A stretch of DNA of 33,459 nucleotides from Chiloscyllium plagiosum (Eukaryota): contig NW_025213474.1 in NCBI RefSeq assembly GCF_004010195.1, positions 1 through 33,459 of the forward strand, in the 5' to 3' direction. The position numbers and the translations under genes are program-made. Shown in pieces: positions 10,270 to 22,379 of this stretch; position 1 is the first letter of the stretch, and the number at the start of each line of letters is the position of its first letter. The notes below the pieces were generated by a model, which was given only the letters and a program-made list of their open reading frames with translations, ran no database searches and was not told where the DNA came from.

Positions 10270-13200
10270 CCCAGTATTGCTCTCTGCCATTTTAAGTGAG
10301 TAAGGAAAATGACTAAGGGAAAAGGACCACTAGAATCACAACCAGCAGGGCACAGCAGTAATGGATATATCCGCGGCTGTGATGTCAGCTTCTTCGAACG
10401 CCCCAGGGGACTTATCTGTGGAGAAAAGCCTGGTCTCGGATTTCAGAGCCTGCGAGAGAAGATTGATTCAGCGATGGAGGAGACCCAAACCTGGCTCGAA
10501 ACTGCAGAAGCAGGACCAGGAGACGAAGAGTCTCGGGCCGTGCAGTGTCGAGGTGGAACAGTGGACCGCAGCTTCGGAAACCATGGCAGAATCCCCGGTC
10601 GGGTCCAAGCCCTGGAGTGGTAGGTTACGGCCTTAATAGAGGAGGTCGACGACCTCTAAAATTGGTACAGTCAAAAGAACATCAGCCTGGTCGGGCTGCA
10701 GGAACGAGAAGAAGAATGCCAGCTCGTCAGCTTCTTGGAGCAATGGCTCATACAACATTTGAAGCTGGAAGTCAGGGGCAGACTGGGTGCGCGTCGAGTG
10801 GGCCCAGTGGGTCGCTGTGTGCAAGCCGGGATCAGACTAGCGCCCCCACCCGGTCCAAGTGCAATTCTAGCACGATAGAGATAAAAAAGTACTGTCAGCT
10901 TCTCGCGCTCTGGGGAAGGATCCATCGGCTCTGATCTACAAAGGATCACGAAAATGTTTTTCGAAGACCTTTCTACGGCTGTGATCCGCAAGAAGCAGAC
11001 CTATGATAAGGTAAAAAGGAGGGTGAGGGATGTGAATAATCTGGTAGGATATTCGGCAATCTTATATTTCAGCCATGGAGGGTCTGTGTTTAATTTTGAC
11101 TCACCGGAAAACGCAAAGGACTTCCTGTACACCTTAAAATAAACTGACTGGTTCAAATAATATAGACAATTATGTTCTCTTTGATTTCTCTGGGGTTTGC
11201 CTGGTTTACCTCGTTTTTTTTTTAGTATGTGGATGTCCCATTTTTTTCCCTTTTCTCTCTTCTCCTTTCTTCCTCCATTCCCATTATCCTTTGCTTTTCT
11301 ATCATTTGCTTTTCGCGTATCTCACTTAGCTCGGAATGGGAAAGGGGGATTGGGGATGGTGGGGTTGGTTACATTTTGTTTCACCAGGACTGACTCAGAT
11401 CAAAGTATGGATGGGATGGATTGAATTCCCACTTTTAATTTTCTTGTTGTAAGACGCGTGCAACTTATTTAAACTTTGCTTTGCCTGGGTTTTGGGAGCA
11501 GCTTCAGCTAGGAGGAGCCATGGGGGATTAGTGGGTAATATGAACACCGTCTGCAGGAAGGGGGAAAGTCTTCACTTATTTGTGTTACATGTTGGTTCAT
11601 TGTAGAAATAGTTGTTACAAGTTTTGATTTGGATGTTATTGGAGTTATATTTTCAAGTTTTTATGAACTGTTTACTGCTTTCACTCGACGTGCTATAAAT
11701 GGGGTTCTTCTCCTAATGGGTCATGGGCTGCCTCGGATGGCGATGGTTAACCGCTCTTTTAAATGGTGCACCTGGAACGTTTAGGAGAGTCACTCGCCGA
11801 TTAAGAGAAAAACATACTTTTAAGCCTCAGAAAGGAAGGAGTCGATGTAGCCTTACTACAAGAAACACATCTAACTGCCAAGGAACACTTAAAGTTACAG
11901 CAGGGAAGATTCGGCCCGGTGTTTATCTCATCGTTTAATTCGAAAAGTAGAGGAGTAGCTACACTCATTCATACAAACCTTCCACTTCAGTTGTTTGACC
12001 AAATTAACGACGAACATGAGTGGTTTCTGATCCTTAAAGCTTTAATACATGAAAAGGTATATGGGACCCTGTACAATATTGCCCCAAGCACACCCCCTCA
12101 AATTTCTAATGGATGTGCACTTCAGGTTGATGACCCTTGGGAAGCATCATACAATTAAAGGGGAGATTTTCACCGACTTATGGACCCCGAAGTGGACAAG
12201 ATGTCAAGGGGTCACACGGGTATTTCTCCGCCACCAAGGTGGACCTGAACAGGGAGCTGCGTTGGTGGACATTTGAGATGTCTTCACCCTGAAGGTAGGG
12301 ACTTCACCTTTGTTCTAACCCACGTAAGTGCTATACCAGGATTGATATATTTTTTGCCCCATTGGCCTTTTTAACTTCGATGCTGCCCTGCAAAATTCTG
12401 ATCATGCAGCAGTGTACGTGGATGTTAAGGCCGATGGCGATGGGACAGGCTCGCAGCACTGGCGCATGGATCCTTGCATCCTAAAAGATAGCAAATTCAT
12501 TGAGTACTTTTCGCGTGAATTTAAGTTGTTATTGGGACATTAACTTGGGTACGGCCAGTAATCCGTCTGTGTTCTGGAATACTGGCAAGGCCAATGCAAA
12601 GGGTTTGATTATTTCTTACTCGGTGACTCAGAAGCGGCAGAAGGGGCAGCAGTAGCGTATGCTCAAGGCTTGGCTGAAGGCAGCTGAGACAGCATACTTT
12701 GACAGAGTGTCTGTAACTAATTTGCAGCAGATTTCAGCCCTCCGGGCTGCTCTGAACACTGTGCTCAGCCAGACAGCAATGAGGGATATTTCCTTTGCGA
12801 AACAGAGGTTACCCAAGTATGGTGCTAAACTGGGAAGGTTTTTGGCTCACTTGGCCAGAGCAAAGAGTGCCCGCAATCAATTACATCCATTAGAAAGGTT
12901 ACTGGTACTATCACCTGCGATTCCAAAAGGGTTAATGTAGCATTCAGTAAGTTCTACTCTGGGTTGTTCCAGTCAGAGGATTGTGCAGACAGATCGGTGA
13001 AGACGGAGTCCTTATTAAGACCTTGGACCTCCCAAGTGTAACTTCAGAGAAGGAGTCTCTTTTGAATGCTCCTCTGACAATCCAAGAGATACAGGATGCA
13101 GTAAGGCAGCTCCAGAGTGGCAAACTGACCGGCCCAGATGGCTTGCAGAGTTCATAGGCATGGTGGCTGGGCCAATGTTGGATATATTCAATTATTCTTG

Positions 13201-14265
13201 GAGACAGGACTGCCTCCCATCCTCTCAGAGAGAAGGAAATATTTATCTTTTTCTCAAGAGAAGGAAAGCTCCAGAGGATTGCTTATTCGTATAGGCCTAT
13301 ACTGTTATTAAACGTGGACTTTAAAATTTTGTCGAAAATACTAGCGTTGAGGCTGGAGAAGATCTCGTTCTTCATTGTGAAGGAGGACTAGATAGGTTTT
13401 ATTCGGAGTCGCATATCCCCTATTAATATTAGGAGAGTGCTAAGTATGGTTCAGGTGTGCCAGTAAGGTCGATTCCAGGCTTGGTAGTCTCGCTGGATGC
13501 AGAGAAAACATATGATTGGGTGGAGTGGCCATACTTTTTTTATGTCTTGGAACCGTTTGTCCTTGGAGGTGTGTCTTTGCCTGGTGGATGGCAGAATTAT
13601 ATAGTGACGCTAAAGCAGCAGCAATTCTCACTAATGGTATAAGGTCTAATTTTAGCATCGGCAGAGGTAACCAACAAGGGTGCCCCTTTCACCGTTATTA
13701 TTTGTATTGGTGATTAAGCCGTTGGCAGAGGCCATCCAGAGGGACCCCAATACAACTGGAGGTAGGGTCAGGAAGGCATAACATCATCCTTTAAACAGAT
13801 GACGTTCTTCTCTTTCCAACTAACCCGCTAGTATATGTGCCCCGTTTACTAGAAGTGATTGATTTATTTGGATTTTTCTCGGGATATTACATCAATGTTA
13901 TGAAATCGGAGGCCATGCCTGTTGGGGGATTTTCGAGTACCTGATCATGGGGGTGCAATCCGATTCCTTTTCAGATGGTCACAAGGATGCTTCCTCTATT
14001 TTGGCATTTTTTATCACACCGTCCTTCGGTCAATTATATAACGCAAACTTCGTGCAGGTGATCGAGAAGATAAGACAGGACCTTCGGCTCTGGGAAGATA
14101 TTCCAATATCCTGGCAGAGTAGAATACGTCCAGCTAAAATGAATGCACTTCCTCGTTTCTTCTATCCCATGTGAATGGTCCTTTTGATGCTCTCCAGCCC
14201 AGTGCTATGGAGACTTTACAGTTCGTTAAGCTCGTTTATCTGCCACCACAGGTGGCCTCTTATGA
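10270..14265 (+). mobile_element. Decayed L1-type LINE with ORF1, T-rich spacer and ORF2 (APE + RT); 3' end missing
   Basis: ORF1 remnants from MTKGKG (10309) via NISLVGL to FFEDLS...FDSPENAKDFL (ends 11142). ORF2 from ~11743: TWNV endonuclease start, then GPDG, YRPILLLNVDFKILSK, SLDAEKTYD, RGNQQGCP, degenerate YADD (~13795) and KMNALPRF. Many stops and frameshifts. Confidence 0.92.
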
Positions 14266-14735
14266 TACAGAGGGATTACAGGACTTAGTGATACCGTGTG
14301 TACTGGAGGGTTCACTCTGAGCCGTTCAGACATGGCAGTGTTGCTCCATCACACTGATCGTCTGCTGCCTGATGTTCCCACCGGTCGTATTGCTCTCATC
14401 CACCATATATATCCTCTGTCACTGAATGATGACTCTGATGTTGAGATCGGAGAGATGATGGAGCTGTCACCCTCTCCTGCCTGGAAAGTTCCGGAACATA
14501 GAAGCTGAATGAAACTGTGACCCTAAAAGCCACTGGCAGCACCATCCTCCCCCTGGTGTGAAGCTTCAGGTCGTGTTGAAGGAGGTGATACCGCTCTGTG
14601 ACTAGCTCCTTGTTCACTCAATATCCCCTCACACTCTGCTCCTGGGTTAAGTGGAGCTTGGGAAGCTGTTCCTGGAAAACCCGGGGTGGATCCAGAAGGT
14701 CCCTTTCCCCACATACACTCACTCCGTGTTTTCAG

Positions 14736-14912
14736 GGCCTCCCCTCTCTGCAGCCTCTGCTCCATTTGGTGTCCATGTTACAGACCCAGATGCTGTTCCT
14801 ATTGTCCCCATGCTCCATCCAGAGTTGGGTCACCAAATCCTCAGGTCTCCCTGAATGTCTGAGGCAGCTAACAGCACAGCCTCCAGCAAACCATTCCAAG
14901 CACCTCCGCTAA
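14736..14912. other. Copy 3 of unidentified duplicated module
   Basis: Gap-free core alignment to copies 1 and 2. Preceded by CTCCGTGTTTTCAG. The plus frame is open to TAA at 14912. Confidence 0.8.
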
Positions 14913-15100
14913 CTTTCCAATGACAGGAGTCAGTCAGGAGCCCGTCAGTTACAAGTTCGATGCCTGGTAATTAATAATAATACTAGAGGGGCTTCCTTGT
15001 GTAACTGACCGCATGATCAGCTGAGATGGACGAACACAGATGTTCAGTGAACAGGCACAGACCAAGTTTCAAAGACGTGTCTCAAAGCTGCTGGGACCCC

Positions 15101-15221
15101 CTGTCCACCATGGAGCACTACATGGGACACACCGGGAAGTGAATAACAGCCCGACACACACTCCACTGTCCATGGAGCACCACATGGGACACACCAGGCA
15201 GTGAACAGCCCGAGACACACC
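15101..15221. repeat. Tandem duplication, 2 x ~60 bp
   Basis: CTGTC..CATGGAGCAC.ACATGGGACACACC.GG.AGTGAA..CAGCCCGA.ACAC starting at 15101 and 15166. Confidence 0.9.
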
Positions 15222-15934
15222 ATTTCATTGTTTCTGAGCTTCACAGTGCCAGCTCTTGATACATTAAGGATCCAAATGGGACCCACAGCCGTGATGTATA
15301 GAAGAGTATGAGCCATGCACATTGCACATTGTTTATGAGCTTCATAATTTCGTCCCCGGGGATTCAGGGATATGAGCACCAATGGCCAGGTTAAGGTACA
15401 GAAAGACGGATATTCTTGTTACATTTGGATGATTACTTGATCAACATGTTGAATAAACATGGCTCTTCTCAGAGAAATGGGATTAGCTGGAGGAGTCAGA
15501 CGCTGACGGGTCCAATAACAAGAATGAGAATGAGAACATAAAATAAAAATGCTGACAGATCAGCTCAAATGGTCAATTATGCCAGATACCAAATCCACCT
15601 CACAGAATCAGACATCATAATCCAGATGAGATATCTATTCAGCGTGAAGCACTGTGCAGACGAGGCTAGTGTACTGATCAATACAACCCAGCAATCTATA
15701 CAGACTGTGCAAACCACATCAGTCCACGGGGAGCTGTGCAGTGAATTACTCTGTAAACCTGGAGCAGTTACCCTTCCAGCATGTAGACCTGTGTCCATCA
15801 TCTCAGTGCATTCCTCAGTAACACTGTGTTTGATCACAACCCACTGTCGGGAAACTTGCAGCCAATGCTGGAATTGACAGGATGTGCAACTCCCATCCTT
15901 ATACAGCTCCATTTCTTCATTGTGCCATGCGCTT

Positions 15935-17252
15935 TAGAACATCTAGTCAAGAGGGAGGATGAAGCAAACATAAGGTTGAGGAGGCAAGGGTTAGACAGGA
16001 CTCTAGAAGCTTGAAAGGTAACCAGGAAGGAACTGAAGAATGTACTCAGGAGAGACAAAAGTGGGCATGAAAAAGCCTTGGCGGGTAGGATTAAGGTAAA
16101 ACCTAAGACGTTCTACACTTATGTGAGGAACAAGAGAATGGCCAGAATGAGGGTAGGGCTGATCAGGGATAGTAGAGGGAACTTGCGCCAGGAGTCGGAG
16201 GAGGTCGCAGAGGTTCTTAATGAATGTTTTGCTTCAGTATTCAGTAATGAGAGGGACCTTGACGTTTCTGAGGACAGCATGAAACAGGCGGATATGGTAG
16301 AACAGGAGGATGTGTGGAAACATTTGAGAAACACACGGATAGATAAATTTATTTAGCCAAACAGGATATGTGCTAGGATATTATAGGAAGTGAGAAGAGA
16401 TTGCTGCTCATTTTGCGATGATCTTTGCATCCTCACTGTCCACTGGAATCATGCGAGAAGACAGGAGGCTGGCAAAAGTTATTCCCTGGTTCAAGAAAGG
16501 GAATAGGGATAATCCTGGGAATTATTGGCCAACCAATCTTACACCAGTGACGGGCAAAATATTGGAGACGATTTGAGAGACAGGATTTATGAATACTTGG
16601 AAAATTATCAATGATTAGAGACAGTCAGCATGGCTTTGTGAGGAGCAGGTCATGCCTCATAAATCTTATTGAATTCCTTAAGGATGTGACAAAACACATT
16701 GATGAATTAGATCAGTTGATGTGGTATCTTTTGGATTATAACAAGGCGTTTGATAAAGTTATCCACGGTAAGCTCATTCACAAAATAAGGAGGCATGGCT
16801 TACAGGGAGATCTGGTTGCCTAAATGCATAATTGGCTGGCCCAAAGAAGGCGGAAGGTGGTGGTGGATGGAACAGATGCAGCCTGGAGCTTGGTGATCTG
16901 TTCTGGGACCTCTGCTCTTTTGATTTTTTTTATAAGAGAGTTGGATGACAAATTCGAAGGGTAGGTTCATAGGTTCGCCGATGGCACGAACTTTGGTGGA
17001 GTTGGTGGTTAGTATGGAGGGCTGTTGTAGGTTGCAACAGGACACTGACATAACTGAGCTGATGAGTGACAGATCGAGATAAATCTGGAACAGCGGGATC
17101 TTGGGGTCCATGTCCATGCATCTTCAAAGTTGCTATCCAGGTTGATGCTGTTGTTTGGAAGGCGAATGATGTGTTGGCTTTCACAGCGGGGGAACTCTGT
17201 TTCAGAGCTGTGAGGTTTCTCAGCAGCTCTATAATCCCACTGCTTCACCCAC
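15935..17252 (+). mobile_element. CR1/HER1-type LINE ORF2 fragment (resumes at 18537-18620)
   Basis: ORFs 16078-16356 (KPKTFYTYVRNKR...EVLNECFASVF) and 16611-16823 (SQHGFVRSRSCLINLIEF...DYNKAFDKV). FKKGNRDNPGNY at ~16490. Confidence 0.92.
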
Positions 17253-17455
17253 TGTGATGAAGTTCAAGGCTGTTCTGCATTGAGAGCTTGCAAATTCTTG
17301 TCATATGACTAGCTAATATGTTCAGAGTGTACTGGGCAATTGAAACTATGTAACATTTAGCTGTGATCAGATATGTTGAGCGCTGGTTGCTCTTTTGACA
17401 AATATTCGAATTTAACCAATCAAGTTGTAATTATGTCTCACTATACCCACTATAC

Positions 17456-17660
17456 CAATGGGGCAACCTTTTCACACAGAGGGAATGGTGGAGACTGGTA
17501 CAATTGCAACATTTAAAAAGCATTTGGATAGGTTTATGAATAGGAAGGGTTTGGAGGGCTATGGGCTGGGTGCGAGCAGATGGGACTAGATTGGGTTGGG
17601 ATAGCTGGTCAGCATGGACCGGTTGGACCGAAGGGTCTGTTTCCATGCTGTACATCTATA
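17456..17660 (+). mobile_element. CR1/HER1-type LINE 3' end
   Basis: GGGCAACCTTTTCACACAGAGG...GGTTGGACCGAAGGGTCTGTTTCCATGCTGTACATCT tail. Confidence 0.85.
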
Positions 17661-17750
17661 TTACTATACTAAACCTATTCGATTTTAAATTTATTGTTTT
17701 ACCAACATCAAACCAAGGAGATGAGCTGAAGTTGAGAGAATGAAGATTCG

Positions 17751-18068
17751 ATTACATTACATTACATTACATTACATTACATTACAGTGTGGAAACAGGC
17801 CCTTCGGCCCAACAAGTCCACACCGACCCGCAACCCATCCATACCCCTACATTTACCCCTTATCTAACAATACTGGCAATTTAGCATGGCCAATTCACCT
17901 GACCTGCACATTTTTGTGACTGTGGGAGGAAACCGGAGCACCCGGAGGAAACCCACGCAGACAGGGGGAGAACGTGCAAACTCCACACAGTCAGTCGCCA
18001 GAGGTGAGAATTGAACCCGGATCTCTGGCGCTGTGAGGCAGCAGTGCTAACCACCATCGTGCCGCCCA
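17751..18068 (-). mobile_element. Near full-length HE1-type SINE with (GTAAT)n tail
   Basis: Minus strand: GGGCGGCACG..GTGGTTAGCACTGCTGCCTCACAGCGCCAGAGATCCGGGTTCAATTC head, body, LINE-like tail GGGCCGAAGGGCCTGTTTCCACACTG, and (ATTAC)7 at 17751-17785 on plus. Confidence 0.93.
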
Positions 18069-18724
18069 CTAAGAGGCTCGCATTTTGAAAGTTAGACAGA
18101 GAGTAAACTACCATTGTACGAGTCTGCCATGAACAACATTCTCTGTGCAATATACCTTTTTATGGACGAAAAACCCTTGCATTAAAAGACAGAACATGAC
18201 CCAGGGAGATATTCAGTGGAAAGTAGCAGGGCATTGGAGACTACAGCCACTGTCTGGTTTATGTAATTTTAATACAGTTTTTCTTTAATTGGAAGAGTAT
18301 ATTGTTAAAGGTGGAGGAAGATAACAAACAGTTCAGAGAAAGGGAAGCTTAGAGTTGGGAATAACTGTTGTTATCAATGTTCACATTTAGAATTAAGGAA
18401 TACATTGATATTATTTTCTATTAAGTAATGGAATTTGCGAGGTCTCTAACACTCGACTTTAACAGATTCTGAGCGAGGTGAGCTTTTCTCAGTGTTTAGT
18501 TTAATTAGTCGAAGGGTTCATCGCCGTGTCATAACACACACTTGTAATACCGTGTTCTGGACACCCCATTAACGGAAAGAGGTGGAAGCTATAGACAGGA
18601 TGCAGAGAATTATCTATGGAACAGCAGAAAAATTGACACAAGCCACACAAAGTGAGTGAAATATTGAGAAAGTCACCACGTGAAAAATAAACACTGGCAG
18701 ATTCCTGATGTCTATATAAACGTC

Positions 18725-20530
18725 AGTGTGGCAGTGGGTGTAGTGCATCTGTATTGATGACTGGGTATCTGTGTGTGTGTGTGTGTGCATCTGTGTATCG
18801 GTATTTGTTTTTGTGTGCCTGTATTAAAATATGTGCTATTGCATCAGTCTCCGTGTGTGGCTATGCATCTATATTCATCTCTGCATGTCTCTGCATGTCT
18901 GATTTTGTCCCCGTGTGTATCTGTGTTTCTGCATTTATCGCTGTGTTTATCTGCATGTTTGTATTTGTCTCTGTGCGCATGTGCGTGCCTGTATTTGTGA
19001 CTGTGTGCATCTGCATGTCTCTATTCGTCACTGTGTGTATCTGATTGTTTGTATTCACCTCTGTGTATCTGCGTGTCTGTATTCATCTCTGTGTATATCT
19101 GTGTGTCTCTATTCGTCTCTGTGTGTATCTGCATATCTCTGTGTCTATCAGCGCGTCTGTTTTTGTCTCTGTGTATATTGGTTTATCGGTGTTCAACTTT
19201 GTGTGTACGTGTATCTCTATTCGTCTCTGTTGGTATCTGTGTGACTTTATTCGTCTCTTGTGTCACTATGTGTCTATATTTGTCTTTCTGTGTATCTGTG
19301 TGTCTGTATTCATCTCTGTGTGCATCTGCGTCTCTGCATTCATCTCTGATTCTGTGTGTCTGTATTCATCTCCATGTGCATCTGCGTGCCTGTATTCATC
19401 TGTGTGTGTCATTAAATTCGTCTCTGTGTGCATCTGCAAGTCTCTATGTATATCAGCGCGTGTGTGTCTGTCTCTGTGTGTCTGTTTTCATCTCTGTGTG
19501 AATCCGTGCGNNNNNNNNNNNNNNNNNNNNNNNNNNNNNNNNNNNNNNNNNNNNNNNNNNNNNNNNNNNNNNNNNNNNNNNNNNNNNNNNNNNNNNNNNN
19601 NNNNNNNNNNNNNNNNNNNNNNNNNNNNNNNNNNNNNNNNNNNNNNNNNNNNNNNNNNNNNNNNNNNNNNNNNNNNNNNNNNNNNNNNNNNNNNNNNNNN
19701 NNNNNNNNNNNNNNNNNNNNNNNNNNNNNNNNNNNNNNNNNNNNNNNNNNNNNNNNNNNNNNNNNNNNNNNNNNNNNNNNNNNNNNNNNNNNNNNNNNNN
19801 NNNNNNNNNNNNNNNNNNNNNNNNNNNNNNNNNNNNNNNNNNNNNNNNNNNNNNNNNNNNNNNNNNNNNNNNNNNNNNNNNNNNNNNNNNNNNNNNNNNN
19901 NNNNNNNNNNNNNNNNNNNNNNNNNNNNNNNNNNNNNNNNNNNNNNNNNNNNNNNNNNNNNNNNNNNNNNNNNNNNNNNNNNNNNNNNNNNNNNNNNNNN
20001 NNNNNNNNNNNNNNNNNNNNNNNNNNNNNNNNNNNNNNNNNNNNNNNNNNNNNNNNNNNNNNNNNNNNNNNNNNNNNNNNNNNNNNNNNNNNNNNNNNNN
20101 NNNNNNNNNNNNNNNNNNNNNNNNNNNNNNNNNNNNNNNNNNNNNNNNNNNNNNNNNNNNNNNNNNNNNNNNNNNNNNNNNNNNNNNNNNNNNNNNNNNN
20201 NNNNNNNNNNNNNNNNNNNNNNNNNNNNNNNNNNNNNNNNNNNNNNNNNNNNNNNNNNNNNNNNNNNNNNNNNNNNNNNNNNNNNNNNNNNNNNNNNNNN
20301 NNNNNNNNNNNNNNNNNNNNNNNNNNNNNNNNNNNNNNNNNNNNNNNNNNNNNNNNNNNNNNNNNNNNNNNNNNNNNNNNNNNNNNNNNNNNNNNNNNNN
20401 NNNNNNNNNNNNNNNNNNNNNNNNNNTGTGTGTCTGTATTTGTCTCTTTGTGAATTTGCGTGTCTGTTTTCATCGCTGCGTTTTGTCTACGTGACTGTAT
20501 TCGTCTCTGTGTGTATCTGTGTGTCCATGT
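18725..20530. repeat. Long degenerate GT-rich satellite (TGTGTGTATCTG/TATTCATCTC motifs) spanning an assembly gap
   Basis: Directly visible on both sides of the N run. Confidence 0.9.
19511..20426. other. Assembly gap (916 N)
   Basis: Run of N. Confidence 1.
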
Positions 20531-20696
20531 GCACAGCGGATCTCTCAGCCTCTCTGCTGTTTAAAGTGATGCAATGTCCCCCTCTGCTGGCCTTCATACT
20601 CCTCTGCGTTGACAGCACCGCAGGGTGACAACCATAAGGGAATTCAGACAGGGAGGGAGTGGGTGGGAGGCAGCTCATAGCGCCATCCAAACTTAC

Positions 20697-21152
20697 AGAA
20701 CCATCTGTACACGCATACACACACAGTTTGGTATATGGAGGATTGTAATCGTACTGAGGACCCTTAGAGTGGAGAATGTTCCTGTAAAGTAATGCCTATG
20801 CTCGCTCTGCAATATGGAAGTGATTTGTCTTTGGAGATTATTCATGACAAAGAGTGCACAAATTAAAAAGTATTTCCACCGCAAATGCTTCCAAGCAAGA
20901 TTGACGGAACCAGTTGTAAGTTGATGCAATGAATATATTGCACGTTCATTATCTTGAAATGTTTTATGATAAACTCCTACAAATGATAAATGAGAAAAGA
21001 TTGAAAAGTCCTGAAACTGACCCAGTGGTGGTCGTGATATCTCAGGAACGATATCGCTAGGTATCAGACGAAACTGCTCTGTGCTTCCAATGACGTTATT
21101 TGAAAAACCAAACAGCCATGCAATGTGAGAGATTGACAGTATCTGATGTCCT
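20697..21152 (-). other. Candidate internal coding exon of an unidentified gene or pseudogene (456 nt, phase 2-2)
   Basis: Acceptor TTTTTTTGTTTCTTTCAG| and donor |GTAAGT bracket 456 nt with one fully open frame (part of ORF 20693-21211, whose stop lies inside the donor). No recognisable domain. Confidence 0.35.
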
Positions 21153-21599
21153 CTGAAAGAAACAAAAAAACTGACACTAGTGCAAGTGGAGAGGCGAACA
21201 GAGGGTGGCATTGTATAACTATAAACTTAACAGGGACAGACGTAGAGGTGTGGGGGTGGTGAGGGGTTGATCGCAATTTGATTGGATTTTCCCCAAAAAT
21301 GGCAAGACCTCGTCTCACGGAGATACACATAAACATACACAGACACGTTAAACACACAACACAAAAACATACAGATATGGACACACAAACAAACACATGC
21401 ACGCTCCTGCACTTAATGTCTTTAAGATAGAGATGAATAATCATGTCATTAATTGGGGAATCAATTATCATTTGGCTAAGGCAGGAGAATGTAAGTGAGA
21501 TACATTTCAGCTGTGATCAAATTGCACAGCAGATCCAATGGGCTAAGTGGCCTGATTCTGCTCCATTTTCCCATTTTCAGGAGAAAGTCGCTTTCAAAG

Positions 21600-22370
21600 G
21601 TTGAATTTGAATGCAGATTACAGGGTTAAAGGTAGGATTCTTTGCAGTGTGGAGGAACAAAGGGATCTTGGGGTCCACGTCCGTCGATTCTTCAAAGTTG
21701 CCAAAGCCCTCAAGGTGATAGGGCTGTTATGAATGTATATGATGTGTTCGCTTTCCTAAGCTGGGCGATTAAGTTAAGAGCTGCGAGGTTATGCCGCAGC
21801 TCCATAGAGGCCTGATTAGATCACACTTGGAATATTGTTTTGAGATCTGTTCGCCCCATTAAAGGAAGGATGTGGAAGCTTTAGAAAAGGTGCAGACGGG
21901 AGTGAGCAGAATGGTGCCTGTTCTGTAGGGCATGTCTTATTAAGAAGGTTTGAGGGCGCTTTAGCTTTTCTCATTGGAGTAAAGAAGGATGAATGGTGAC
22001 TTGTTAGAGGTGTGCAAGATGATGAGAGGCACAGATAGAATGGATAAGTAGAGTCTTTTTCATCGGGTGGAAATGGCTAACACGAGGGAAACATAATTTT
22101 AATGTGATTGGAGGAAGGTTTTGGGGAGATGTGAGAGGCAGGTTGTTTATACAGGTAGTGATAGGTGGGTGGAATGCACGGCCAGCAGTGGTAGTAGAAT
22201 CAGCTACATTAAGGATATTCAAGTAACTCTTGGATAGGCACATAGATGGCAATAGGATGAAGGCTCTGTAGTTTAGTTTAATCTTAGAGTAGGATAAAAG
22301 GTCGCCACACCATTGAGGGCTGAAGGGCTCTTACTGTGCTGTACTGTTCAATGTTCGCTGTTCTAATTTC
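21600..22370 (+). mobile_element. CR1/HER1-type LINE 3' portion
   Basis: QRDLGVHV (21658-21681), CACTTGGAATATTGT (HLEYC), LEKVQ, and 3' tail GGGCTGAAGGGC...GTGCTGTACTGTTC. Confidence 0.9.
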
Positions 22371-22379
22371 TTGAGCTCT

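Larger units (their letters stand above)
17253..18536 (+). mobile_element. Putative solo LTR containing two younger insertions
   Basis: Termini TGTGATGA...TCATAACA (TG..CA, 7/8 inverted match). Flanks CCCAC/CACAC (4/5 TSD-like). It splits a CR1 that reads through when the segment is removed. Strand is a guess. Confidence 0.65.

Noticed and set aside
19045..20628. 341-527 aa ORFs
   Set aside because: Artefacts of reading through the N gap and satellite.
20895..20945. Ig V-like TCNIFIASTYNWFRQ in an alternative minus frame
   Set aside because: Flanked by stops, with no DxxxYxC motif or RSS downstream.
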